Source: an uncultured Candidatus Micrarchaeota archaeon (GTDB lineage: Archaea > Micrarchaeota > Micrarchaeia > Burarchaeales > Fermentimicrarchaeaceae). Taken from it: 64,000 nt of DNA. This document shows positions 1 to 9,212 of the stretch, piece after piece. The translations under genes and the position numbers were made by a program. The notes beneath the pieces were generated by a model, which saw nothing but the letters and a program-made list of their open reading frames with translations, did not search any database and was not told the origin of the DNA. Each line of letters opens with the position of its first letter. Within the stretch, counting starts at the first letter, position 1. The stretch spans positions 29,701-93,700 of the forward strand of contig CAISET010000030.1 of NCBI GenBank assembly GCA_903884505.1. The letters are read 5' to 3'.

Positions 1-17
1 TGACTGCCCAGAACAGC

Positions 18-575
18 GTGCTGCTTTTGGTGGATTACCAGCCTGCGATGTTCAAGGGAGTGGAGTCGGGAGACAGGACCATCATGAAGAATTGCGCGGT
101 TGGCGCGGCAAAGGCCGCAAGCATCCTGCAGATTCCGGTGGTCTTGACTTCCATCGGCCCCAAGCTAAACGGGGAGTTCATCAAGGAAATCACGGACCTT
201 TTCCCGGGGCAGGAGGTGTTTGCGCGCAAGGTGCCGGGCTTTGACGCCTTGGAGGACGAGCGTGTCTTGGCCGCCATCAAAAAAACCGGGCGCAAGAAAG
301 TGATTGTATCCGGCCTGTGGACGAGCATGTGCTTTGCGTTCACCGCCATCCACGGAGTGCGTGAGGGGTTCGATGTGTACGGTCTGATTGACGCTTCGGG
401 CGACGCCTCGCACGACGCACACAAGTACGGCGTGAAGCGCATGACGCAGGTCGGTGTCGTGCCGGTTACGCTGCTGCAGGTAGTGTCGGAATGGATGCAC
501 GATTGGGCAAATCCGAAGGCGGGCGACCTTGTAAAAGAGGTATACTCCAAGTTCGACGCAATGCTTGGGATGTAA
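18..575 (+). CDS. Isochorismatase-family cysteine hydrolase. The ORF is open to the window edge, so the N-terminus may begin upstream.
   Basis: Translation has the isochorismatase-like beta-strand 'LLLVDYQ' and a conserved Cys region 'SGLWTSMCF'. GTG at position 18; no upstream in-frame stop before position 1. Confidence 0.6.
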   Translation: MLLLVDYQPAMFKGVESGDRTIMKNCAVGAAKAASILQIPVVLTSIGPKLNGEFIKEITDLFPGQEVFARKVPGFDALEDERVLAAIKKTGRKKVIVSGLWTSMCFAFTAIHGVREGFDVYGLIDASGDASHDAHKYGVKRMTQVGVVPVTLLQVVSEWMHDWANPKAGDLVKEVYSKFDAMLGM

Positions 576-666
576 CCCGGGTTCGCCGGCTTCGCGCACG
601 GGCTTGTCGCGCATAAGCCAGCTCATCCTAAAGCAAAAAATCTAGGGCCTGCAGACGTGAAGTGGC

Positions 667-1632
667 TCACAATCTAGCTATCTTTCTTATCTCGCCGGCC
701 GATTTCGCCTTCATGATTTTCCGCCGCATCCCAACGGCGCCTTCAAACCCCTTTGCGAAATAAGCCGCATGAGCCCTGGTCACGGCAATCGGCGCTCCCC
801 GTGCGTAATCCAGAAACCGCAGGAGCATCCCAATCCTCCCGCTCCTGTCCGGAATAACATATTCCCCGTCCCGGAAATATTCGGCCATCTGCCGGAATAT
901 GGAGGGGTTTCCCAGCGCCCCCCTGCCCACCATCACGCCGTCGCACCCTGTTTTCTTGAGCATCCTTTCCGCATCCTCCGGCGTGAAAATGTCCCCGTTC
1001 CCAATGACTGGAATCGAAAGCGCCTTCTTTATCCTGCATATTGCGCCGAGGTCGGCCTTCTCGGAATAGTTCTGCTTCGCCGTCCTCCCGTGGACCGTGA
1101 GCGCAGCCGCGCCTCCCTGCTCGATAAGCCGGGCAATCCCAACGCACCCTGCCTTAGTGGCGAACCCGAGCCGCATTTTCACAGTAACCGGGATTTTCAG
1201 CGTTGTGAGGGCATCGAAAATCCCCCTGATTTTCGCGGGCTTCCCCAGAAGCGCGGCGCCGCCCCCCTGCTCCGTTATGCGGTGCATAGGGCAGCCCAGA
1301 TTTATGTCGATGATTTCGCATCTTTTCTCCAGCGCCTCCGCGGCTAGCGCAATCCTTTTCGGTTCGCTTCCGAAGACCTGGATTGCGAAAGGCTTCTCGT
1401 TCCTTGCGCGGGCCACAAGCCTTTCCGTCTTCCAGTTCTCGTGGATGGCAGCCTCGCAGGAGACCATCTCGCTTGTGGTCAGCCCCGCGCCATGCTCCCT
1501 GCACAGCCGCCTGAATGGGGCTGTGGAAAAATTTGCCATCGGCGCGAGGAAAAATCCGTTTTTGAGCCGAATCCTGCCTATGTGCATCTCCTCACTCTCT
1601 GAATTTCCTGAACAGAGTATGAAATGGCTCAC
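667..1632 (-). CDS. dus: tRNA-dihydrouridine synthase (Dus family, FMN TIM-barrel)
   Basis: 321 aa with motifs 'LAPMANFST', 'DINLGCP' and 'KMRLG', typical of DusB-like enzymes. Confidence 0.8.
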   Translation of the reverse strand: MSHFILCSGNSESEEMHIGRIRLKNGFFLAPMANFSTAPFRRLCREHGAGLTTSEMVSCEAAIHENWKTERLVARARNEKPFAIQVFGSEPKRIALAAEALEKRCEIIDINLGCPMHRITEQGGGAALLGKPAKIRGIFDALTTLKIPVTVKMRLGFATKAGCVGIARLIEQGGAAALTVHGRTAKQNYSEKADLGAICRIKKALSIPVIGNGDIFTPEDAERMLKKTGCDGVMVGRGALGNPSIFRQMAEYFRDGEYVIPDRSGRIGMLLRFLDYARGAPIAVTRAHAAYFAKGFEGAVGMRRKIMKAKSAGEIRKIARL

Positions 1633-1669
1633 AAGCTACTCCGTCAATCATGACCTTTCGGTTCATCCT

Positions 1670-1991
1670 GGGACGGTGCGATCATCGCCGGCTAATACTC
1701 TGATTCGCAACTTTAAAAACAAGCCGGAAGCCGTGGAGGTTCAGGAACCAAGGATGTCCGACCGAGGAGCGAAGCGACGACCGAGGACACCATTGGTTCT
1801 GATGGGACGGTGCGATCATCGCCGGCTAATACTCTGATTCGCAACTTTAAAAACAAGCCGGAAGCCGTGGAGGTTCAGGAACCAAGGACGTCTGCGGGAG
1901 GAGCCCGCGACAAGCTTCGCCCCGTGGGGCGAAGGTGTCCCTTTGCGCTGAAGCGCAAAGAGGACGACCAAAGACACCATTGGTTCTGATG
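1670..1991 (+). repeat. Tandem duplication of an ~88-bp unit. Each unit carries a TTTAAAAA promoter-like box and is followed by a hairpin-module cassette closed by GAACCAAGG...CCATTGGTTC.
   Basis: Unit copies sit at ~1670-1758 and ~1804-1892 and are near identical. Cassette 1 is ~1745-1803 and cassette 2 is ~1878-1991. Cassette 2 contains the palindromes cttcgccccgtggggcgaag and ctttgcgctgaagcgcaaag. Both end with gacaccattggttctgatg. Confidence 0.7.
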
Positions 1992-2026
1992 CAGGCTTTT
2001 AAATTCCCACCGAGAATTAACCGCCC

Positions 2027-2512
2027 GTGGCAAGGAAACTGAAGGCCGGGTTCTTCTCATTCACAGGCGACGAGGGCTGCATGATAGTCCTGCTGGAGCT
2101 CATAAGCGACAGGTTCGACGAGCTCTCGCAGAAGATGGAGATAGCCTACTGGCACGTGCTCCGCTCGAAGAAGTGGCGGGACATAAATGATTTCGACGTG
2201 GCGATTATCGAGGGCGCGGTTTCCACCAACGGCGAGGTGGAGAGGCTGAAGGACATACGTTCCCGCGCGAAGAAGGTGGTTGCGGTCGGCTCTTGCGCAA
2301 CAACCGGCGCGCCATCGAACCACAGGAACTTCTTCGATGAGAGGAGGCTCGGGGAGATAGACAGCGTCATCCGCAGGTTCGGCTACAGAGAGAAGGTGCA
2401 GCCTCTCAAGGATTTTGTGAAAGTTGATGACGAGGTGCCGGGCTGCCCGGTAATGGAGGAGCCTTTCCTCCAGGTCATGCAGAAATATTTCAAGGAGTTC
2501 GGAGTGGGATGA
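2027..2512 (+). CDS. [NiFe] hydrogenase small subunit with proximal cluster only (HoxY / sulfhydrogenase-delta-like, group 3)
   Basis: 161 aa with 'GDEGC', 'GSCATTG' and 'PGCP' Cys motifs. GTG start ~25 bp after a TTTTAAATT box. Confidence 0.75.
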   Translation: MARKLKAGFFSFTGDEGCMIVLLELISDRFDELSQKMEIAYWHVLRSKKWRDINDFDVAIIEGAVSTNGEVERLKDIRSRAKKVVAVGSCATTGAPSNHRNFFDERRLGEIDSVIRRFGYREKVQPLKDFVKVDDEVPGCPVMEEPFLQVMQKYFKEFGVG

Positions 2513-3799
2513 ATGCACGACGCTGACTTTGAGATAGCGGTCGAGAGCCTCTCGAAGATTGAGGGGCACGCCAACCTAGTGGTCTCCGTGCACGAGGACC
2601 GCGTGGTGGATGCGAGGCTGGAGATAGACGAGAGCAAGAGATTCTACACGCAGGCGATACGGGGGAAGCCCTACGCCGCGCTCCCGCAGATGGTCTCGAG
2701 GATATGCGGAACCTGCAGCACGGCGCACCTCCTCTGCTCGATGGAGGCGGTCGAAGAGGCGGTCGGCATAGTGCCCTCAGAGCAAGTGATGACTGTCAGG
2801 AAGCTCGCCATGTATGCCGCGTGGATAAGGGACCACGCGATGCACCTTTACTTCTTCTCCCTGCCGGACCTTCTCGGGAAGGACTCTGCGCTCGAGTTCG
2901 ACGGCAAGGAGCACGAGCTCCTCCACGATGCGCTCAAGGTGAAAGGGGCAGGGAACAGGTTCGCCAAGCTCATAGGCGGAAGGGCCGTGCACCCCACCTA
3001 CTTCCAGCCCGGGGCCGTCACGAGGCTGCCGAAGAAGGAGGAGGCGAAGGCAACCATCAAGGAGCTGCGGGAGATAAGGCCGATGGTCCTCAAGCTCATA
3101 GACCTGTTCTACCATTCTGGGCAGGAATTCCACAGGACCACGCACTTCGCTGCGGTGGTAAATAACGACTACAGCTTCTGCGGAGAGGAGATAATGCTGT
3201 CGAGCGGGATGTCCGTGAAGGAGGACGACTACTTCAACCACCTGATGCGCGTTGTCCTTCCCTACTCGACCGCCACTGGGTTCGCCTTCGAGGGCTCGGC
3301 ATTCATGGTAGGCGCGCTCGCGAGGATGGATCTGAACAGGGGAAGCCTTCATCCAGACACGAAGAAGGACGCTTCACAGCCGATGAGCGCTTTCCCGACG
3401 AAGAACATCTTCCGCAACAACCTCGCCCAGGCGATAGAAATACTCCACGCGATAGACGCCTCATGCGAAATCCTCGAGCGCACCGACTTCAAGGAGGAGC
3501 AGCCAGCGAAGCCGCAGAGGAAGGGAGGCGTTGGGATGGCGGCGATCGAGGCACCGCGCGGAATTCTTTTTTACCAGGTTGATGTTGGCGAGGACGGGCT
3601 CGTGCGCGACGGCACGCTCGTAATCCCCACGCAGCAGAACCAGATAAACATGGTGAAGGACATGAAGACGGTCGTGCAGGCGAACATCAGGAAGGACCAT
3701 GAGGAGATAAGGAAGGAGCTCGAGGCTTTGATACGCGCCTACGACCCTTGCATGAGCTGCGCCTCCCACTTCCTGAAGATAAAGTGGGTAAAAGCCTAG
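2513..3799 (+). CDS. [NiFe] hydrogenase large (catalytic) subunit
   Basis: N-terminal 'RICGTCSTAH' and C-terminal 'DPCMSCASH' Ni-Fe ligand motifs. Start overlaps the small-subunit stop (TGAATG). Confidence 0.85.
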   Translation: MHDADFEIAVESLSKIEGHANLVVSVHEDRVVDARLEIDESKRFYTQAIRGKPYAALPQMVSRICGTCSTAHLLCSMEAVEEAVGIVPSEQVMTVRKLAMYAAWIRDHAMHLYFFSLPDLLGKDSALEFDGKEHELLHDALKVKGAGNRFAKLIGGRAVHPTYFQPGAVTRLPKKEEAKATIKELREIRPMVLKLIDLFYHSGQEFHRTTHFAAVVNNDYSFCGEEIMLSSGMSVKEDDYFNHLMRVVLPYSTATGFAFEGSAFMVGALARMDLNRGSLHPDTKKDASQPMSAFPTKNIFRNNLAQAIEILHAIDASCEILERTDFKEEQPAKPQRKGGVGMAAIEAPRGILFYQVDVGEDGLVRDGTLVIPTQQNQINMVKDMKTVVQANIRKDHEEIRKELEALIRAYDPCMSCASHFLKIKWVKA

Positions 3800-4160
3800 C
3801 GAGCTCGGCAAGCGCCTTTTTTTCAGGGTACTCTGGGGGAATTCCCAGGATACGCACCTTCCCCAGCATCCCCATCTTCGCCAGAATCTTCAGGTCCAGC
3901 GCCAGGTCAAAATCATGCATCGATGCGGAAGGAGGAAGCTCGAGCCGGCCGATGTCCTTGTTTGTGAGCATCCTGACCTTCCTTATCCCATAAACCGCAT
4001 CAATCGCCACGAACCCTTTCGCGCCCTCCTCTTCGATATCCTCATTTGGGTCGAACTCCACGAACTCGATTTTGGGGAATTTCTTCCGCAGCCTGCCTAT
4101 CAGCCTGAGCGGAAGGCTGTCCTCGGGAATGAGCGGGTTGCCGAGGACAAGGACGCGCAT
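3687..4160 (-). CDS. Hydrogenase maturation endopeptidase (HycI/FrhD family). The C-terminus may be shorter than called.
   Basis: 'MRVLVLGNPLIPEDSLPL' and 'FDLALDL' motifs. The called 3' end overlaps the hydrogenase large subunit by ~110 bp with a low-complexity tail, which may indicate a frameshift or read-through. Confidence 0.6.
   Translation of the reverse strand: MRVLVLGNPLIPEDSLPLRLIGRLRKKFPKIEFVEFDPNEDIEEEGAKGFVAIDAVYGIRKVRMLTNKDIGRLELPPSASMHDFDLALDLKILAKMGMLGKVRILGIPPEYPEKKALAELARLLPTLSSGSGRRSSCKGRRRVSKPRAPSLSPHGPS
3811..3825 (+). terminator. Oligo-T archaeal terminator after the hydrogenase genes
   Basis: gcgccttttttt, located 12 bp after the large-subunit stop. Confidence 0.4.
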
Positions 4161-4173
4161 GCAACCACTCCGC

Positions 4174-7100
4174 TCAGTTGAACGGCACAAGCGCCCAGTA
4201 GCTCTGGCATGGGTCGCCGTCGCCCGCGCACATCTCACCAGGATATGCGATTTCGGTTTTCACCACAAGGTATTTGGTGCCGTCCCAAACATCAACCGGT
4301 ATGTCAAGCCCTGAAAGCGTCGTGGTGACCGGCGATTCGCTTGGGCTCAGGTGCGGGCCGCCCGGAATCTCCTGGACCGCATGCTGATTGGCGTCCCTTA
4401 TCACTATTGAGTTAACCTGCAGTGCGGTGCCCCCTTCGCCCGAGGCGGCAGTAATGTCCTGGAACATCGACTCCGCGTCCGCGTCGCTCACAGCATCGAT
4501 GAGTGCAGGGCCCGAGTGCAGGGTGTAGCTTATCTGGTGGATTACATGGTCGTCTGTGTACTTTATCTCATAATCGACCCTGAAGAACCCGTACCAAACA
4601 GCAGCGCACGGGCACCCCTCTCCTGGCTCGTAGACGTGGAGGTGCGCATAGAAGACCGAGCTGCCGGTCTTCGTTCTCATGGCCGGCGCATTCGTGACAC
4701 TCACGGTCGCAGTATCACTCGCGACCGCGCCATTGTCATCGGTCACAATCACGCTTACTGTGCGCGTTCCTGTGCTTGAGTAGGCATGGGATGCGCCTTC
4801 AGGCCCGGTCGTGGCGGTCTGCCCGTCCCCGAAGTTCCAGACCATGGAAACGATGTGTCCGTCCGGGTCGGAGGCGTAGACTGGGAAGGTGCTTTCAACA
4901 TTAGTGTACATGCTCGTGTCCTCAAGCTGGACGGTTGGGGCGACATTCTGCGCTATTTCGATTGTCGAGCTCGCAGTGTCGGTTCCGCCGTCAGTGTCAG
5001 TGACAGTCACCTCAATCGTGTGCGTGCCCGGGGTTGTGAACTGGTGGTCGATGGCCTGCCCAGTGTAGTCGTATCCCTCCGAGTCCTTTGAAACCCCGTC
5101 GAACTTCCATGCGCAGCTGAACCAGGCGAAGTCAGGGTAGTCCGGGTCGGTTGACCTCTCGCAGCTGAACTGCACCGGCTGATTCCGCAAGGCATCCGTT
5201 GCGCTCTGGTTGATGACCGCATTAGGAAGCTGGTTCGCGTACAAGGTGGCGGTTGCCTGGGCCGCGTTGTTGTCATCGGTAATCTCGGTAACGGTGTTGT
5301 CCGGGTCCACAATCGCATTGAAGGTGTAGCTGCCCGCAGGGGTGCTGGAGTTGAACAGGTACCCGAACCTGGCACTGGAGTTTGCGCCGGCATTTATGGA
5401 GGGGATGGCCAGTTCCCCGAAGGTGGCGCCGTTCACAAGAAGCCTTACGGGAACGTTCTGCGCCCTGTCCGTGCCGCCGTTGTATACCGCAACATACACG
5501 CTCATCTCCTTGTTGCGGCCAGGATTGCTCGGGATTATCGGGTGCCGCGGGGAGGTGGTTATGGAAGCCGAGAGGTCGGGAAGCCTTGCGTTAAGGGCAA
5601 GCGCCCCCTGGTTGTTGCTGAAGTCGGACTCGTAAATCGCCTCATCCTCGTTCGCCTTCACTATTATTACGGGGTTCGCGCTTATCCCTGCGGGGACCGT
5701 CCAGGTGATGGTTGCAGTTGTCTTTCCGCCCGCGTTGAGGGTCACGTTCTTCTCCCCGATGAGGGTCTCGCCCTCGGTCGGGTGCCTGCTGTAGAACCTG
5801 ATTACCGCGCGCTGCGCCTTCGCGTTGCCGATGTTGCTCACGTTCGCCTTGATTGTCACCTGGCTGCCCACCGCGACGTTGCCGGTCACCGAGATGTCGT
5901 TCCCGGAAAGCTCCAGGTCTGGCAGGAAAACAGTGACGTTCTTCTGCGCCTCGTTGTTCGTCTTGTTCAATTCGCCGATTGCGTTCCAGGGGTCGACCCT
6001 AACTAGGAATGTCGCCATCTGCACACCGGCAGGGATGGTCCAGTTCACCGCTACCTGCGAATTGGTCTTCGCGCTAATCTTGCGCACGGTGATGTTGGCG
6101 AGCGATGAGAATGGCCCGCCATCCTGCGAGATGTAGAATGCCACAAGAACATTTTCCGCAGCGAGCGTGCCGCTGTTCCGAACAGCTGCCTTCACACTCA
6201 CCTTGTCACCCACCGCAGGGCTCGCGGGGTTGTAGGTTATGCTGCTGCTGTTGATCGAAAGGTCGGGGTAGAGCAAGTCGACAGGAATAGTCTTCATTGC
6301 GATGTTGTTGTCCTCGTTCGTCTCGCCTATTTCATTCTCAGGGTCAACGGTCACCCCTATCGGGAGTGCGCTGGTTCCCGCAGGCACGATGAAAGTCACC
6401 CTCACGGTCTTGGATGTTCCGGGCGCGATTGACGCAATCGTTGCGTTCCCTATCACCGGGCCGCGGATGGTCGTCCTGTGCCTGCGCATCAGCTCCTCAA
6501 TCAGCAAGGCCCCTGCGCCATGCCCGGGCACAACCTCCTGGTCCGAGCCCTGCGCCGTGTCCCTGTACTCGTCTGCGTTCTCCACAATCTGGAATATCAC
6601 CCTCACGTTCTGCGCGGTCACTGCGCCGTTGTTGTAGACCTTTGCTGTGATTGCAACCGTGCTTCCCGTTCTTACAGATGAAGGTGCGTAGGTTATTCCG
6701 GATGCGTTGATTGAAAGGTCGGGCGCCATGCCTTCGGCTGAAACCGTGTGGTGCGCGGCATTGTTCCCCTCGTCCGCTTCGCTTATCCTGTTCTCCGGGT
6801 CAACGGTGACTGTGAACTGCGTGTTTCCGGCAGCGGGCAGCGTTACACTCACAAGGCCCCTGCCTCCCGCGGAGATGGAGGAGATGGTCTTGGTGGTTGT
6901 CGTGCTCTCGCTCTGCACCTTCACCTTCACGCTTGTCGCCTTCGCGGTCCCGGTGTTGCTGACGTAGATGTTCAGCGTCACCTTCATCACGCCGCTTGTT
7001 TCCTTCAGCGTGTGCGTGATATCCGCATCGGTAATCACAAGCTCCGGCCTGGGCGCAGTGCCATAGGCAACAGTCGAATTCAGGAGGTTGTTGGATTCGT

Positions 7101-7707
7101 CTGACTCACTGATTGCATCCGCCGGGTCAACATCAGCAATAATCTGGTATGCGCCGGCTGCGGCTGGCGGAGGACACGTTATCGAAACGGTGGAGGAGCC
7201 CGATGCGCTTATGGAGGAGATAGTCTTGCTCTGCGTGACGCCGTCGGCGCACGTGAACTTCACCAGCACGTTCTGCGCTGTCGCATCCCCCAGATTCTTA
7301 ACATACGCCTTCACGGAAACGTTCTTGTCGAGCGTAGTATTATTGGGGGTGACGGTCAGCTTTGTTATTGTGAGATCCGGGAATGAAACCAAAGTGGCGA
7401 ATGTGTAGTCAGTCGAGTTTTCGGAGTATGTCGAGTTAACCTGGCACATGAGCTTGTAGTGATAGGTGCTGTTCGCGGTGAGGCCTGAGATTGAGAGGCT
7501 GTGCGCAGTTGTTTTCGCGCTCTTCAAAGAGGTCTTGCCGTAGCTCGTGTTAATGCCATAAACGAGCTTCGATGAGCAGTTGATGTCCGTGCTCCAGGTG
7601 ATGTTCGCCTTGGTGGTTGACGCATTGGCCGCGACATCAGAAAATGTGACTGCGAACGCGGAGGTTGCAAGCGCGATTAAGGCGACAAAAGCAATCAGTT
7701 TCTTCAT
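4174..7707 (-). CDS. Large secreted surface protein with FN3-like, multiple CARDB-like and PKD domains
   Basis: Signal peptide 'MKKLIAFVALIALATSAFA'. Repeated 'PDL..SxxxItxxP....G..VTI.A.V.N.G...A' CARDB-like units. PKD-like 'WNFGDGQTATTG...VTDDNG'. Confidence 0.7.
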   Translation of the reverse strand: MKKLIAFVALIALATSAFAVTFSDVAANASTTKANITWSTDINCSSKLVYGINTSYGKTSLKSAKTTAHSLSISGLTANSTYHYKLMCQVNSTYSENSTDYTFATLVSFPDLTITKLTVTPNNTTLDKNVSVKAYVKNLGDATAQNVLVKFTCADGVTQSKTISSISASGSSTVSITCPPPAAAGAYQIIADVDPADAISESDESNNLLNSTVAYGTAPRPELVITDADITHTLKETSGVMKVTLNIYVSNTGTAKATSVKVKVQSESTTTTKTISSISAGGRGLVSVTLPAAGNTQFTVTVDPENRISEADEGNNAAHHTVSAEGMAPDLSINASGITYAPSSVRTGSTVAITAKVYNNGAVTAQNVRVIFQIVENADEYRDTAQGSDQEVVPGHGAGALLIEELMRRHRTTIRGPVIGNATIASIAPGTSKTVRVTFIVPAGTSALPIGVTVDPENEIGETNEDNNIAMKTIPVDLLYPDLSINSSSITYNPASPAVGDKVSVKAAVRNSGTLAAENVLVAFYISQDGGPFSSLANITVRKISAKTNSQVAVNWTIPAGVQMATFLVRVDPWNAIGELNKTNNEAQKNVTVFLPDLELSGNDISVTGNVAVGSQVTIKANVSNIGNAKAQRAVIRFYSRHPTEGETLIGEKNVTLNAGGKTTATITWTVPAGISANPVIIVKANEDEAIYESDFSNNQGALALNARLPDLSASITTSPRHPIIPSNPGRNKEMSVYVAVYNGGTDRAQNVPVRLLVNGATFGELAIPSINAGANSSARFGYLFNSSTPAGSYTFNAIVDPDNTVTEITDDNNAAQATATLYANQLPNAVINQSATDALRNQPVQFSCERSTDPDYPDFAWFSCAWKFDGVSKDSEGYDYTGQAIDHQFTTPGTHTIEVTVTDTDGGTDTASSTIEIAQNVAPTVQLEDTSMYTNVESTFPVYASDPDGHIVSMVWNFGDGQTATTGPEGASHAYSSTGTRTVSVIVTDDNGAVASDTATVSVTNAPAMRTKTGSSVFYAHLHVYEPGEGCPCAAVWYGFFRVDYEIKYTDDHVIHQISYTLHSGPALIDAVSDADAESMFQDITAASGEGGTALQVNSIVIRDANQHAVQEIPGGPHLSPSESPVTTTLSGLDIPVDVWDGTKYLVVKTEIAYPGEMCAGDGDPCQSYWALVPFN

Positions 7708-7708
7708 T

Positions 7709-8254
7709 TCAATCACCCTCAATCTTCTGCCCGCTGGTCGCATTGACCTCGCAGACCGTTGCGCCTGATATGAATGTCCAGACCGGTGTCCCATCCCTCA
7801 TCTCAATTGAGCAGTCACTATCACTCATCCTGCAGGCTGAGGCGGCCTGCGTGCTGTCAACCCACTGCCCGCCGAGCGGCTGGCTGAAAGAGAACGTTGC
7901 GTCGCGCATGCTTGCTGCGCCCCCTGGCACGCTGACGACGTAGCCCCTGCCCGCTGCAACGGAATCGAAGTGGTAGTCCCACTGCGGCGCTTTCCCGTCC
8001 CCACCGCATGCGCCCTGAACTCCCACAAGCTGCGCATCGCCCCTCAGCCAGGTTATTCCACCGGCAGCAGCCGTGCGGCCTTCCGAAGCGGAAAATGGCG
8101 CCATCTCAGGCGTCTCGTTTTCCAGTGGCGTTTCCGTGGGTGTAATTTCGGGGGTTGGGCTCCCTCCAGTTGGCGGCTGCGGAGGGGTTATGCAGCATCC
8201 CGAAAAGATAACGCATGCGCAAATAAGCGCTAGTAGTAAATGCTCCGGCTTCAT
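7709..8254 (-). CDS. Putative lipoprotein (lipobox-like FSGC)
   Basis: 'MKPEHLLLALICACVIFSGCCITPPQPPTGGSPTPEITPTETP', followed by a globular domain. Confidence 0.5.
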   Translation of the reverse strand: MKPEHLLLALICACVIFSGCCITPPQPPTGGSPTPEITPTETPLENETPEMAPFSASEGRTAAAGGITWLRGDAQLVGVQGACGGDGKAPQWDYHFDSVAAGRGYVVSVPGGAASMRDATFSFSQPLGGQWVDSTQAASACRMSDSDCSIEMRDGTPVWTFISGATVCEVNATSGQKIEGD

Positions 8255-8291
8255 GTCTCGACCACCTTTGATTGTTATGCGTGCGCGCCCG

Positions 8292-9212
8292 TTAAAAAGG
8301 TAGCTTTGTGGGCTTTGGGGCAGGAATCTTCTTCGGCAGGAAGGTTATTGCGACAACTCCGCAAATCACCGCGCCCGCGGCAGCCATCTCAATCATTCCA
8401 GGCATCTTCCCGGCGGTTGCAGCGAGTGCCGTGGTGACCACCGAGCCGAAAACAAGCATGGCGGTCGCCTCGCCCACCTTCAGCCTTGAAAGGCCAGAAT
8501 AGAAGGTGAGGTTGTAGCCGAGCAGCAGAAGTGATGTGGCAAGGAGCCAGAGGTAGTGGTTCGGAGTGAATGCAGCGAAGTTTGGAAGCTGGGAAGTGGC
8601 TGCAAGAAACGCAACCATCACTAGTGAGCCGAAGAACATCCTTCCGAAAACAACCGTGCTCGGCGAGAGATTGCGCAAAACATATCTGGAGATCACATCC
8701 TCGATGCTCCAGAGGAGGACTGCGGCTATGATGGCGATGTCGCCTGTCGCCAATGCAGTGAAATTCACGCCCGCGTACAATGCCGCGCCAATGAACAGCA
8801 AGCCAGCGCCGAGCAGCTGCACCCTGCTGAGTTTTTCCTTCAGGAACAGGAACGCGAGCGCTGATGCGGGAATGAAGAGCGACTTCTGCAGCAGCGAGCC
8901 GTTCGCTGCCGAAGTCTGGGAAAGCCCCCAGAAGAAGAGCAGGAAAGGAATTGAGCCTCCGATGATTCCGATCGCGAGAAGGTTGCGCCAATCCTTCAGC
9001 TTCAGCCTCAGCAATTCGCCGTATCGCGCTGTGAGGAGCACTCCCGAAATGACAAATATCGCGACGACCGAGTTCTTCAGCGTAGTAAATACGAACGGGT
9101 TGAAGGAGGCGAGCGCATACTTGTTGAGGAAGATGGAGACCCCTGAAATCACCGCGGTCGCGAACACGAAAAGCAATCCCTTCTCCCTTTCGTTCATTTT
9201 TTCACCTTCCAC
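8292..9212 (-). CDS. DMT/EamA-family membrane transporter
   Basis: 306 aa, ~10 TM helices, two EamA-like halves. Confidence 0.65.
   Translation of the reverse strand: MEGEKMNEREKGLLFVFATAVISGVSIFLNKYALASFNPFVFTTLKNSVVAIFVISGVLLTARYGELLRLKLKDWRNLLAIGIIGGSIPFLLFFWGLSQTSAANGSLLQKSLFIPASALAFLFLKEKLSRVQLLGAGLLFIGAALYAGVNFTALATGDIAIIAAVLLWSIEDVISRYVLRNLSPSTVVFGRMFFGSLVMVAFLAATSQLPNFAAFTPNHYLWLLATSLLLLGYNLTFYSGLSRLKVGEATAMLVFGSVVTTALAATAGKMPGMIEMAAAGAVICGVVAITFLPKKIPAPKPTKLPF

Noticed and set aside
769-1837. Plus-strand ORFs overlapping the dus gene (769..1347, 1097..1837)
   Set aside because: They are antisense to a strongly supported Dus ORF. Their Pro/Arg/Ser-rich composition is typical of spurious frames in high-GC DNA.
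1670-1991. Possible tRNA or intron-containing tRNA in the tandem units
   Set aside because: There is no acceptor / D / anticodon / T-arm cloverleaf. GGTTCAGGAACC is not a GTTCRANYC T-loop in a tRNA context.
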